A stretch of DNA of 64,000 bases from a virus. A model generated the notes under the pieces. That model was not told the DNA's origin and ran no database searches. It worked only from the letters and a program-made list of their open reading frames with translations. Shown here in pieces: positions 28,901 to 37,020 of this stretch. The translations under genes and the position numbers were made by a program. The DNA is taken from the IMG/VR virus record IMGVR_UViG_3300042503_002645, positions 1 to 64,000 of that record, one strand, 5' to 3'. Positions within the stretch are counted from its first letter, which is position 1; every line of letters begins with the position of its first letter.

Positions 28901-30367
28901 CCCCACGTCTACGAGAAGTTCGTCAGCCAGCTCCGCGGCGCCGGGATCAACACCGTGCGCACCGGCACCAAGACGAACATCATGGCTATGACCGACAAGG
29001 ACGTCGATCAGCTGGCCGGTGACCGCGAGCTGCAGAACAGCGAGACGGTCGACTGGAAGGGCAAGCTGAAGCCGGTCAAAGGCGGCCTGTTCGACGAGCA
29101 GCTCACGGGCGGGCACAGCGGCAACCGCTGGAGCAAAATCACGCTCCACGAGCCGATGCCCAACCCGGTCATGGAAGAGCCGATTCGGCGCGTTCTCGGC
29201 CTGACCGAGAAGCAGTTCCGCGGCGTGCTGGCAGGCGAGGTCCATCTTTTCGATAAGACTGGCCCCGAGGCGCTCAAGGCGGCGCTGGGGCGGATCAACA
29301 TGCCCAAGGCCATCGAGCAGGCCCGGTTAGATATCAAATCGGGCCGCAAGGTGCTGCGCGACGCTGCCGTCCGGCGGCTGGGCTACCTGAAGGCCGCTGA
29401 GGCGCAGGGCGTGCATCCCGAGGACTGGATGCTCACGAAGATGCCGGTGCTTCCGCCGATGTTCCGGCCGGTGTCGCAGATGGGCGCCAGCAAGATGACG
29501 TTGGTTTCTGACGCGAACTACCTGTACAAGGAGCTGCTGGACAGCAACAACGCGCTCAAGGAAACGTCTGGCGCCTTCACCGAGTTCGGCGAAGAGCGGC
29601 TGGGTTTGTATGACGCCATGCGCGCCGTGACTGGGCTGGGTGACCCGACCCAGCCCAAGAACCAGGAACGCCGCGTCAAGGGGTTCCTCCAGCACATCTT
29701 CGGCAGCTCTCCCAAGTACGGCACGGTGCAGCGCAAGCTGCTCAGCACGACCGTTGACCTGGTTGGCCGCGCTGTAATTACGCCCAACCCCGACCTGAAC
29801 ATGGACGAGGTGGCGCTCCCCGAGGACAAGGCCTGGGACGTTTACAAGCCGTTCGTTGTGCGGGGCCTGGTGCGCCGCGGGATGCCGCGCATGAACGCAC
29901 TTGATGCCGTTGAAGGGCGCAACAAAGCGGCCATGGACGAGCTGCAGACGCAAATGTCGTCTCGGCCGATCGTTATCAACCGTGCGCCGGTGCTTCACCG
30001 ATACGGTATGATGGCCTTCTACCCGAAGCTCACCAAGAACAAGGTCATGGAGGTCAACCCGGTCATTACCAAGGGCTTTGGCGCCGATTTCGACGGTGAC
30101 GCGATGCAATATCACGTCCCCAGCACGGAAGAAGCCGCCAGGGAAGCCGCCGAAAAGATGTTGCCCAGCAAGAACCTCTTTTCGACGGCGAGCTTCAAGG
30201 CGCACTACGTTCCAAACAAGGACTATCAGGCTGGTGTGTATCTGGCCTCGAGTCGAGTCGACAAGCGGCAGAAGCCGCGGGTGTTCAAGTCCAGACAGGA
30301 CGCCATCAACGCGTATCACCGCGGCGACATTGACGTCGACACCCCGGTGCATATTGTCGATAGCTAA
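25988..30367 (+). CDS. DNA-directed RNA polymerase: beta subunit fused to the N-terminal half of beta'
   Basis: beta motifs RSVQPSHLG..TPE, LGKNLRVAY..NYEDAVVIS, GDKLTGRYGDKGVI and MKLHH. beta' motifs ETV...KP..GGLF, PVLPPMFRP, NRAPVLHR and catalytic GADFDGD (30080-30100). Confidence 0.95.
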   Translation: MPDSILSGPPVQPPTPRAFGDIGALRTGIFDRALQSASALEPVKNDLHTLQLHDVKYAGPEKFTKADQKRAILTGNSLHRRLTGTWSLLDNTTGQPIATRQTTIAHVPYLTDSGTFVNRGVEYTLAHQMRLKPGVYTREKDNGELEAHVNVLPGKGRMHRYFLDPKTGVMNINIGQAKIPLMPLLKAMGAKDSDIRAAWGNEITAVNMEKGDAGTLDKLYQRLVYKQVPGLDAPGKQQAIAAEFARMELDPDVTRRTLGKDYKNLTPEAILDITKKLIALNRKEADPDDRDAMAYQNVVGPEDLISERFTKDRQSLRKLLWRATAKKNLDHVPTGVFNKAISAALIGSGLGSSLEEINPAEIFDHQARVTRMGEGGIGSLDAVPQESRSVQPSHLGFVDFLRTPESGKVGVDMRFARGAMKGADGKIYTPVVNMKTGQSELKTPGELADMPLAFPGEDKSDMPMVAALVGGKMKYVPREEVQFSLPHMDNTFSGLSNMVPMKSYMKGHRVIMASRMFTQALPLVGAEAPLVQSAIADKDGSSYEDEMGEKLGAVRAQFHGQVVSAEPGMIVVRDREGKKHEIDLYNDMPFNRKTFWHQTPAVQPGDVFKPGQLLAHSNFTDKQGTAALGKNLRVAYLPFQGKNYEDAVVISASAAKKLSSEHMYQHEAEWDDNSRIGKKTFVSLFPTEYDKKTLENFDDKGAIQKGTVVNYGDPLILQAKTKETTYGKVHRGRAGSFSNETVTWEHHSPGVVTDVEHTDKGVQVVVKTQAEMQVGDKLTGRYGDKGVIADVIPDHQMPNDKDGNPFEILVSPLGLISRVNPAQIVEAALGKIAAKTGKPFKMKDFDSTADYVDFAQQELGKHGLSDTEDVLDPETGRKIKGVLTGNRFFMKLHHTAEAKGQGRAMGSYTAEGTPAKGGSEGAKRVGMLDLGALLSHGAGKVIRDAKMVRGQANPEYWSQFMAGYTPPLPKVPHVYEKFVSQLRGAGINTVRTGTKTNIMAMTDKDVDQLAGDRELQNSETVDWKGKLKPVKGGLFDEQLTGGHSGNRWSKITLHEPMPNPVMEEPIRRVLGLTEKQFRGVLAGEVHLFDKTGPEALKAALGRINMPKAIEQARLDIKSGRKVLRDAAVRRLGYLKAAEAQGVHPEDWMLTKMPVLPPMFRPVSQMGASKMTLVSDANYLYKELLDSNNALKETSGAFTEFGEERLGLYDAMRAVTGLGDPTQPKNQERRVKGFLQHIFGSSPKYGTVQRKLLSTTVDLVGRAVITPNPDLNMDEVALPEDKAWDVYKPFVVRGLVRRGMPRMNALDAVEGRNKAAMDELQTQMSSRPIVINRAPVLHRYGMMAFYPKLTKNKVMEVNPVITKGFGADFDGDAMQYHVPSTEEAAREAAEKMLPSKNLFSTASFKAHYVPNKDYQAGVYLASSRVDKRQKPRVFKSRQDAINAYHRGDIDVDTPVHIVDS

Positions 30368-30380
30368 ACACGGAGGTTTA
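30365..30380 (+). promoter_or_regulatory. ANGGAN-hexaloop hairpin over RBS
   Basis: TAAAC-ACGGAG-GTTTA immediately before ATG 30382. Confidence 0.6.
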
Positions 30381-30381
30381 C

Positions 30382-31110
30382 ATGTTCACGGTCAATCCCG
30401 AACTGATCGCGCTCGCCCGGCAGGCTTTTGAGAAGTCCGCCGTCGTGCCGTCGGATATGGCAATGATGGCAGCAGGCGGCGCGCCTCCGATGGGCGGCGA
30501 AGCCCCCGATCCGTCGATGCTGGGCGTCCAGGGCGCCGCGCAACCCGTGGACCCGGCCACCGCCGCGATGGGCGCTGCGCCGCCTCCCGGCAGTGATCCG
30601 ACCGGCGCGGCTACGGTCGCTGCGCCTCCGGCCCCAGCTCCGGCGCCGATGCCCCCGGCCACGCCGACCGGCGGCGCCCCAGGCCAGCAGAAGCTCAAGC
30701 CCGAGCAGATGATGCAGATGCTGGATTATCGGCTGTACAACATGCAACAGCAGCTCACCGCGATCATGAACGCGATGGGCGTCCAGGTCGCTCCCGAGTC
30801 GCTCGTCCTGCCTCCCGGCACGACCGGCGCGCCTCCGGCCGAAACGGCGCTGCCTGGCGGCCCGATGGCGCCGCCGCCCCAGGATCCAAACGCCCAGGCG
30901 GGTCCTGCAGCTCCCGGCGGTCCGCTTCCGCCGGGCGGGCCGATGGACCCCAGTCAGCCGCCCATGGATCCCAATGCCGCCAAGCAGGCGAATTGGTGGG
31001 ACCGCGTAGCCACGAAGTTCGACGAGCAGAATGGCGACGAGCCGACGGAGACGCAGATCAAGGCCGCAGCGATCGCCGCGTTGCTCCGGAGGCAAAACGG
31101 TGCGCGTTAG
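30382..31110 (+). CDS. Pro/Ala/Gly/Met-rich low-complexity virion protein inserted between the RNAP halves
   Basis: EKSA, AKQA and IKAA motifs; central helical segment QMMQMLDYRLYNMQQQL. Confidence 0.6.
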   Translation: MFTVNPELIALARQAFEKSAVVPSDMAMMAAGGAPPMGGEAPDPSMLGVQGAAQPVDPATAAMGAAPPPGSDPTGAATVAAPPAPAPAPMPPATPTGGAPGQQKLKPEQMMQMLDYRLYNMQQQLTAIMNAMGVQVAPESLVLPPGTTGAPPAETALPGGPMAPPPQDPNAQAGPAAPGGPLPPGGPMDPSQPPMDPNAAKQANWWDRVATKFDEQNGDEPTETQIKAAAIAALLRRQNGAR

Positions 31111-31339
31111 ACTTCAGCACAAACTTCAACCGCTTGAAACTGAAGCGGATAGCCTGGTGATTGAAGATCAGCAGGGAAATCCGATCTTTGTAGCGCTGCA
31201 GCTGCCAGAGGCGGTGATCTACGCCGACGCTGGCGAGCCTGATTTCCATTCGCTGCTGCAGCAGCTGGGGATCAAGAAGACCGTGGCGGTTACGGAAATC
31301 CGCCCGAAGCCTGTGCAGAACGTGATCTGGAAGCCCTAG
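31100..31339 (+). CDS. Small hypothetical protein
   Basis: GGAGG RBS, GTG start, 79 aa. Confidence 0.6.
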   Translation: MRVRLQHKLQPLETEADSLVIEDQQGNPIFVALQLPEAVIYADAGEPDFHSLLQQLGIKKTVAVTEIRPKPVQNVIWKP

Positions 31340-31341
31340 CC

Positions 31342-33222
31342 ATGCTCAAGACGACGGCGGGACAAATCCTGCTGAACGAGGCGCTCCCGGAAGACCTCCG
31401 GGACTACGAACGCGTCTTGACCAAAAAGGAAATGGGGAAGCTCGCCACTACGCTCGCGGAAAAGCACCCGGACAAGTACCGGGACGTGATGAAGCGGATT
31501 CACGACGTGGGCCGGTCCGCGGGGTTCACCACGAACGGCATGTCGTTCGGGCTGAAAGATATCAAACCCACGCTGGCCGCCCGAGACGCTCAGCTGCGCG
31601 TCCAGCGAGAGCTGCGCAGCATTCTTTCGGATCGCCAACTGAGCGAGCAGGAGCGGTCGCTGAAGATCCTCCGACTGGCCAGCCAGACGCAACGGGAGCT
31701 GGTCGAGAAGGTCTACGAAGAAGCCAAGGGCGCAGATAACCCGCTGGCGCATCAGGTGGCAGGCGCAGCCGTCGGCAACAAGTTTTCGCTGAACTCACTG
31801 ATCGGCGCCGACATGCAGTACGTCGATCACAAGAACGACCCGATCCCGATCCCGGTGCTGCGCGGCTACAGCCAGGGTTTGCGACCGGTGGAGTACTTTG
31901 CGGGCGCATTCGGCACCCGGAAGGGCGTGATGGACCTCAAGGCCGCCACGGCTGACGCGGGATTTTTCGCGAAGCAGCTCACCCAGATGACGCACAGGCT
32001 GCTCGTCACCGACGACGACGAGCGCGATCAGGACCGCCTTGCCGTCGCGCACGACCGCGGTTTCCCCACCGACGTCGACGACGTTGACAACGAAGGCGCA
32101 CTTCTCGCCCGGCCGGTGGGGCCGTACAAGCGCAACACGATTCTGACGCCGAAAATCTTGAAAGATATCAAAGAGCTCGGAATCAAAGACATTCTCGTGC
32201 GCAGCCCGATGGTCGGCGGCCCTGATGACGGCGGCGTCTATGCTAAGGACGTCGGCTACCGCGAAAAGGGCAGCTTGCCGCCAATTGGCGACTATGTCGG
32301 CATTGCCGCGGCCCAGGCGCTTTCTGAGCCGGTCACGCAGGCGCAGATCTCTTCGAAGCACTCGGGTGGCGTGGGCGGCGCCAGCGCCATCGGCGGCTTC
32401 AAGGCGATCAACGCGCTTGTTCAGGTGCCCAAGAAGTATCCGGACGGCGCGGCGCACGCACAGGTAGATGGGCGTGTCCAGGACATTCGCCCGGCACCCC
32501 AGGGCGGCCATTACGTTCAGATCAACGGCCAGGATCACTACGTGCCTGTTGATCGCGAGCTGTCGGTGACGCGCGGCCAGGAAATCGAGGCGGGTGACGT
32601 AATTTCCGATGGCATGCCCAATCCGGCCGAGGTCGTCAGGCACAAGGGCATCGGCGAGGGGCGGCGCTACTTTGTGCAGGCCATGCAGACTGTGTTCAAG
32701 AATTCAGGCGTGTCTGGCCACCGTCGCAACATCGAGTTGCTGTCCCGCGGACTTGTAAACCACGTGCGCATGACGGACGAGCATGGCGATTACAGCCCAG
32801 ACGACATTGTTCCTTATTCGATGCTCGAGCGCGCCTGGGAGCCCCGCACGGGCAGCGTGACGGGAGAGCCCAAAACCCTGATGGGGCACTATCTGGAGCG
32901 CCCGATCCTGCACTACTCGATCGGGACAAAGATCGGGAAAAACGTGGTTGGTACGCTGGGTAAGTACGGCATAAACAACATTGAGGCGCACCGCGAGCCG
33001 CCGCCATTCCAGCCCGAGATGATTCGAGGCATGTCCAATATCTCGAACGACCCAGACTGGATGACCCGTATGCTTGGCTCGTACCAGCAAAAGGGGCTGC
33101 TCAGCAGCGTGCATCGCGGCGGCACCAGTGACACGGCAGGTAGCAGCTTTGTGCCCGCTTTGTCGCGCGGCGAGACGTTCGGTGCGTCGGGCGCAACGAG
33201 CGGATGGCGCCCGCAAACGTGA
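31342..33222 (+). CDS. DNA-directed RNA polymerase beta' C-terminal half
   Basis: TTAGQILLNE; bridge helix GLRPVEYF...GTRKG..D....TADAG; trigger loop VGIAAAQALSEPVTQ....KHSGG; RRNIELLSR. Confidence 0.92.
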   Translation: MLKTTAGQILLNEALPEDLRDYERVLTKKEMGKLATTLAEKHPDKYRDVMKRIHDVGRSAGFTTNGMSFGLKDIKPTLAARDAQLRVQRELRSILSDRQLSEQERSLKILRLASQTQRELVEKVYEEAKGADNPLAHQVAGAAVGNKFSLNSLIGADMQYVDHKNDPIPIPVLRGYSQGLRPVEYFAGAFGTRKGVMDLKAATADAGFFAKQLTQMTHRLLVTDDDERDQDRLAVAHDRGFPTDVDDVDNEGALLARPVGPYKRNTILTPKILKDIKELGIKDILVRSPMVGGPDDGGVYAKDVGYREKGSLPPIGDYVGIAAAQALSEPVTQAQISSKHSGGVGGASAIGGFKAINALVQVPKKYPDGAAHAQVDGRVQDIRPAPQGGHYVQINGQDHYVPVDRELSVTRGQEIEAGDVISDGMPNPAEVVRHKGIGEGRRYFVQAMQTVFKNSGVSGHRRNIELLSRGLVNHVRMTDEHGDYSPDDIVPYSMLERAWEPRTGSVTGEPKTLMGHYLERPILHYSIGTKIGKNVVGTLGKYGINNIEAHREPPPFQPEMIRGMSNISNDPDWMTRMLGSYQQKGLLSSVHRGGTSDTAGSSFVPALSRGETFGASGATSGWRPQT

Positions 33223-33302
33223 TTCTGTAGGATGTAAGAGCTACGACACGGTAAATTGTTGCTTACGCGTGTCTTATGTCGTGCCGCACGGAGGTGGCTG
33301 CT

Positions 33303-35681
33303 GTGTACAACCGTAAGAAGACTGCGTCCTCGACGGCGCACTGGCTCAACGTGGTCCGCTCGCACAGTCGAGCCCAGACAAAGGCTGCCGCTGATTTCGG
33401 CGGCAAGGGCGACTCAACGTCCTTTGAGCAGGCTTTCAGCAACCTCGCCCACGCCTACCTCCGCGATTCCGCGCCCAAGCTTCTCGACCACGAGATTGGC
33501 TTCCAGCTTCTCGACCGTGACCGCGAGAACACCAAGGCGGTCGGCGTTTTCGCCTTCAAGGTCGGGTCGAACTGGCTTTACGCGCCAGTGTTCTTCCTGA
33601 ATGGCGATCTCAAAGGTCACGAGCTCCTGTACATCAAGAACCAGGACGTGTTCGTGCCGCTCAAGGAGAACTGGATCAACTATCTGGTCAACCGGAAGCC
33701 CAACATCCTGGGCAGCTCGGTTGAGCGGAATCTCAGCCAGCTCGGGCAGCGGCAGCCCGACTTCACCCAGCTTTCGCGATCCCCGGCCAAGTTCGGCTCG
33801 GCTAAGCCGACGCTCAGGGAGATGATGGCAGCGGTTTACGGTCCGTTCGCCAAGACCGCCACGATGAACACGGCGCTGGCGTTCCAGGAGGTCGGCCGCG
33901 CGCTGGACTTGCCGAAGTTCCTCAAGGAAGCGCGCCTCACCACGATCGACATGCTCGTGAAGACTTTCCAGGACGCTCCGGCCATGGCCAAGGCGTTCGA
34001 CGAGTTTCACGGCCTGGGCGTAATCAAGGAAGCCATCGCGCTGGCCAAGGAGCGGGAGAGCCGCCCGAAGATCGCCAGCGTGCTGTCGGAAGCCCCGGAA
34101 AAGAGCCCGGCTGCCGCCGGGCTCAAGATCATCAGCTACTCGGTGACGATGCAGACGAAGCTGCCGCCAGAGACGACCGAGGAAGACCAGGAGAAGCTTC
34201 TCCGCGACGGCGTGCTCATCCTCGACCAGCGCGACCGTGACAACGTCTCGATTCCTTACAACATTCAAGTCGACAAGAAGCTCTGGAACCCGACCGAGTC
34301 GGGCCTCTACGACATTCTCGTCAAGCCCGGCAACATCGAGCGGGTCTACATCGCCATGTTCCCGATGGGCGCGGCAAAGCGCTCCGATTTCGTGACCGTG
34401 GTTCGCACTGAGGGCAAGCCCGAGTGGATCAACACCCGGGCCGACCAGGTGTTCGTGGTGGCCTGCCCTACGGATGAAGAAAAGAAAGAGTGGTTCAACG
34501 GTCTGCCCGAGGCAAACAGCCTCCCCAGCAGCGGCCGATACATGCTGATCAGCGAACGCGGTGACGCCACCGTGCCGGTCCGCGTGATTCGCGAGTACGG
34601 CGAGAGCGAGTTCGGCGTGACGAGTTACGAAGTCCACATGGAGGACCACTCGAAGTTCCCGCCGAAGGGACACATCGGCCCGTGCTGCTACACAGACCCG
34701 CTGAACTACGACAAGTGGCGAGACGGCGTGCGCATCCATCTCAACGGCAAAAAGGGCTCCAGCCTGCGCAGCTCGATGGGCGACATCTTCGTTCCCGAGG
34801 GTTTCAAGCTCCTCAAGTGCGCCCCCGGCGAAGACGACGCCGAGACGGCCGAGGACCAGGGCGCATGCGGTTGCGGCTCGAGCGATATGCCGCCGCTGAT
34901 GCCTGGCAACCTGGCGGACGCCCAGCTCGAGCTGATGGGCAAGACGGCCAGCCTCGAGGTTTACCACAACGGCACCGAGGTGGTGATCAACAAGGAGGCA
35001 GCCCGCTCGCCCGTGGTGGCGCTGGTCACCCTCGTCGAGCACCATGGCCTGCGCGAGGACGCGGCACGCGAGATCCTCAAGCAGGCTGCGGCCAAGAGGA
35101 AGTTCGGCTGCCACGTGAAATACGCCGCGCCGTACGGCCCGCCGATGATGGTCAATCAAGGCCCAACGGCTCCGACTGACCCGGGTCCGGTGATGGGCGG
35201 CGAGACGATCATGGGCGCCGATGTTCCCACCCAGATGGGAATCGACATCGGCATGCCGGTGGCGGACATGTCAGCCAGCCTCACCGACCGGCAGATCTAC
35301 AACCCGAACACGCGCCTGGACAAGAAGGACATCAACAACGTCATGCAGGCGGCGCAGTCCGGGCAGAAGGAAGTGTTCGACACGGCGATGATCGGCAGCA
35401 TGCTCCGGGCTGTCCGGGACGACTCGATGGTCGACCGGTACATGGGCGAGCTGACCAACGGGCTCGACAAGCTTGGCCGCATTCTGTTCATGTTCTACTG
35501 GCACGGCGACAAGTTCGCGGACCGTTACGGTAAGTCGGACATGCCCGAGCTCGAGGACTCGCTGCGTAACGCCTTCGAAATGCTTGGGGACGTTATCCTG
35601 TTCCTCAAGCAGAAGACCATCGAGCCGTACCCGGAAGAGGCGGGGGCTGACGCCGACCTCTCCAGTGTGGCCAACGCATAA
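33303..35681 (+). CDS. Large putative head-core/structural protein
   Basis: GTG start after the GCCGC-ACGGAG-GTGGC hairpin; many KTA/KAA/KIA/KEA motifs; lies between RNAP and the prohead protease. Confidence 0.55.
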   Translation: MYNRKKTASSTAHWLNVVRSHSRAQTKAAADFGGKGDSTSFEQAFSNLAHAYLRDSAPKLLDHEIGFQLLDRDRENTKAVGVFAFKVGSNWLYAPVFFLNGDLKGHELLYIKNQDVFVPLKENWINYLVNRKPNILGSSVERNLSQLGQRQPDFTQLSRSPAKFGSAKPTLREMMAAVYGPFAKTATMNTALAFQEVGRALDLPKFLKEARLTTIDMLVKTFQDAPAMAKAFDEFHGLGVIKEAIALAKERESRPKIASVLSEAPEKSPAAAGLKIISYSVTMQTKLPPETTEEDQEKLLRDGVLILDQRDRDNVSIPYNIQVDKKLWNPTESGLYDILVKPGNIERVYIAMFPMGAAKRSDFVTVVRTEGKPEWINTRADQVFVVACPTDEEKKEWFNGLPEANSLPSSGRYMLISERGDATVPVRVIREYGESEFGVTSYEVHMEDHSKFPPKGHIGPCCYTDPLNYDKWRDGVRIHLNGKKGSSLRSSMGDIFVPEGFKLLKCAPGEDDAETAEDQGACGCGSSDMPPLMPGNLADAQLELMGKTASLEVYHNGTEVVINKEAARSPVVALVTLVEHHGLREDAAREILKQAAAKRKFGCHVKYAAPYGPPMMVNQGPTAPTDPGPVMGGETIMGADVPTQMGIDIGMPVADMSASLTDRQIYNPNTRLDKKDINNVMQAAQSGQKEVFDTAMIGSMLRAVRDDSMVDRYMGELTNGLDKLGRILFMFYWHGDKFADRYGKSDMPELEDSLRNAFEMLGDVILFLKQKTIEPYPEEAGADADLSSVANA

Positions 35682-35690
35682 AGGTGAAAC

Positions 35691-36089
35691 ATGGGACACA
35701 GCACGATTTGGTCCGGCGAGACGGTGTTCGAGGCGACCAGCGGCGCAGAGGCCGTCGTGGCGCTCAAGGTGCCGCATCGCGGCGTGATCCGCGGTTTCAG
35801 CCTGTCGCAAACCAGCGGCGCCAACGCGGGCGCGGCTGCGGCGATCTACACCAGCAAGCAAGACACCACGCCCAACAGCACGCTCCCTGCCGAGGCGTTT
35901 CACATCCTCGACATTACGCTCACGGCGGCGGCCAAGGTTGATAATCACAACCTGAACGTCGCGTACGTGAACCGAGACGGCACGCCGACGAATCCGCAAA
36001 GATATCTTTACTTGAAGATCACCCCTGCAGGTTCGGGCGCCAAGAACTTCGTGTTCTCGATCACCATTGAGACGCCATCGCTGCGCTAA
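35691..36089 (+). CDS. Hypothetical beta-rich protein
   Basis: AAGGTG RBS; coupled to the downstream gene. Confidence 0.65.
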   Translation: MGHSTIWSGETVFEATSGAEAVVALKVPHRGVIRGFSLSQTSGANAGAAAAIYTSKQDTTPNSTLPAEAFHILDITLTAAAKVDNHNLNVAYVNRDGTPTNPQRYLYLKITPAGSGAKNFVFSITIETPSLR

Positions 36090-37018
36090 TGCTCCAAGCA
36101 CTTCGAGATAACCCGCGGCGCGCCCCGAACTGGCGCTGGCTGCGGGCTGTGCATATTGACGGCGGCGGCCCCAAGGCCTCCCGCGCCATGGACGGCGAGG
36201 AGGGCTTTAGCTGGATCCGCCGCGCGTCTCGCATGAAGCGGCGGTACGAACGTGCAGGCGGCCGCCCGGACGTACTTTACCGGCTGATCCAGTACGACCG
36301 CGAAATGTTCTGGGCGCACTCGATTTGGCTTGATGACAAGGCGCCGACGCGTTGGGCGATTGAGGCCCGCATTTTGGCGGGCGAATCCAACGAGGGTATC
36401 GCGGAGCGCCTCGGCACGGCCCCCGAAATCATCGCCGCCTACGAGAGCGTCTTTTTCAATGTGCGCGACATGCTCGACCGCCGCGATTACATCGTCAACG
36501 TAGTTATGGGCGACGCCGTGACCCGCGGGCTTTCCGAGCGGCAATACGACTTGCTCTGGAAGCTTTTTGGCTACCACGGCGGCAGCCACGTCCTGGACGC
36601 GGTGATCTCGAAGTTCTCGCCGATTGCCAAGCCCGAGAAGTCGGACGACGTCGGCCAGTTCTTCCAGGACTTTGCGGTGAACACCGTGAAGCACAAGGCC
36701 GCGATTGCCACGCTGACGGTCCCAATCAACACGCACACCCAGCTGGCGATTATCGACTCGTTCGTTCAGTACGTGCAGATCGAGAAAAACAGCGAAAACT
36801 CCGGAAAAGCCCAGTCGACCATCGTCGAGAACATCGGGGCCATGCTTGGGGCGCTGCCTTTCCGAATCGGCACGAAACTGGAATCCAGAGCCGACAAAAT
36901 GTTACCTTACGATGACGGCGCGGCAGAGCTGCGCAACGATGAGTTGATGGTTGTCGCGACCGGCGGCACGATCATTGACCACAAAGAAATCCAGGACCTG
37001 CGGTTCCCGGGAGAATAA
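36089..37018 (+). CDS. Hypothetical protein with possible HTH
   Basis: IEARILAGESNEGIAERLGTAPEIIAAYESVFF resembles a helix-turn-helix. Confidence 0.55.
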   Translation: MLQALRDNPRRAPNWRWLRAVHIDGGGPKASRAMDGEEGFSWIRRASRMKRRYERAGGRPDVLYRLIQYDREMFWAHSIWLDDKAPTRWAIEARILAGESNEGIAERLGTAPEIIAAYESVFFNVRDMLDRRDYIVNVVMGDAVTRGLSERQYDLLWKLFGYHGGSHVLDAVISKFSPIAKPEKSDDVGQFFQDFAVNTVKHKAAIATLTVPINTHTQLAIIDSFVQYVQIEKNSENSGKAQSTIVENIGAMLGALPFRIGTKLESRADKMLPYDDGAAELRNDELMVVATGGTIIDHKEIQDLRFPGE

Positions 37019-37020
37019 AC

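Noticed and set aside
25988-33222. Host chromosomal rpoB/rpoC or cyanobacterial rpoC1/rpoC2 operon
   Set aside because: No ribosomal-protein neighbours, heavy streamlining, both Zn sites lost, a different split point, and embedded among phage head genes.
33303-35681. Portal protein call for the large ORF before the head module
   Set aside because: No portal or terminase motifs recognised. The many K-x-A sites fit a cleaved core protein better, and the portal and terminase genes probably lie outside the window.
36185-36196. GCC-ATGGAC-GGC hairpin inside CDS 36089-37018
   Set aside because: It is internal and explained by the codons for A-M-D-G. This shows a chance background for the motif, so the ATGGAC cases at 16260 and 22348 are weaker than the others.
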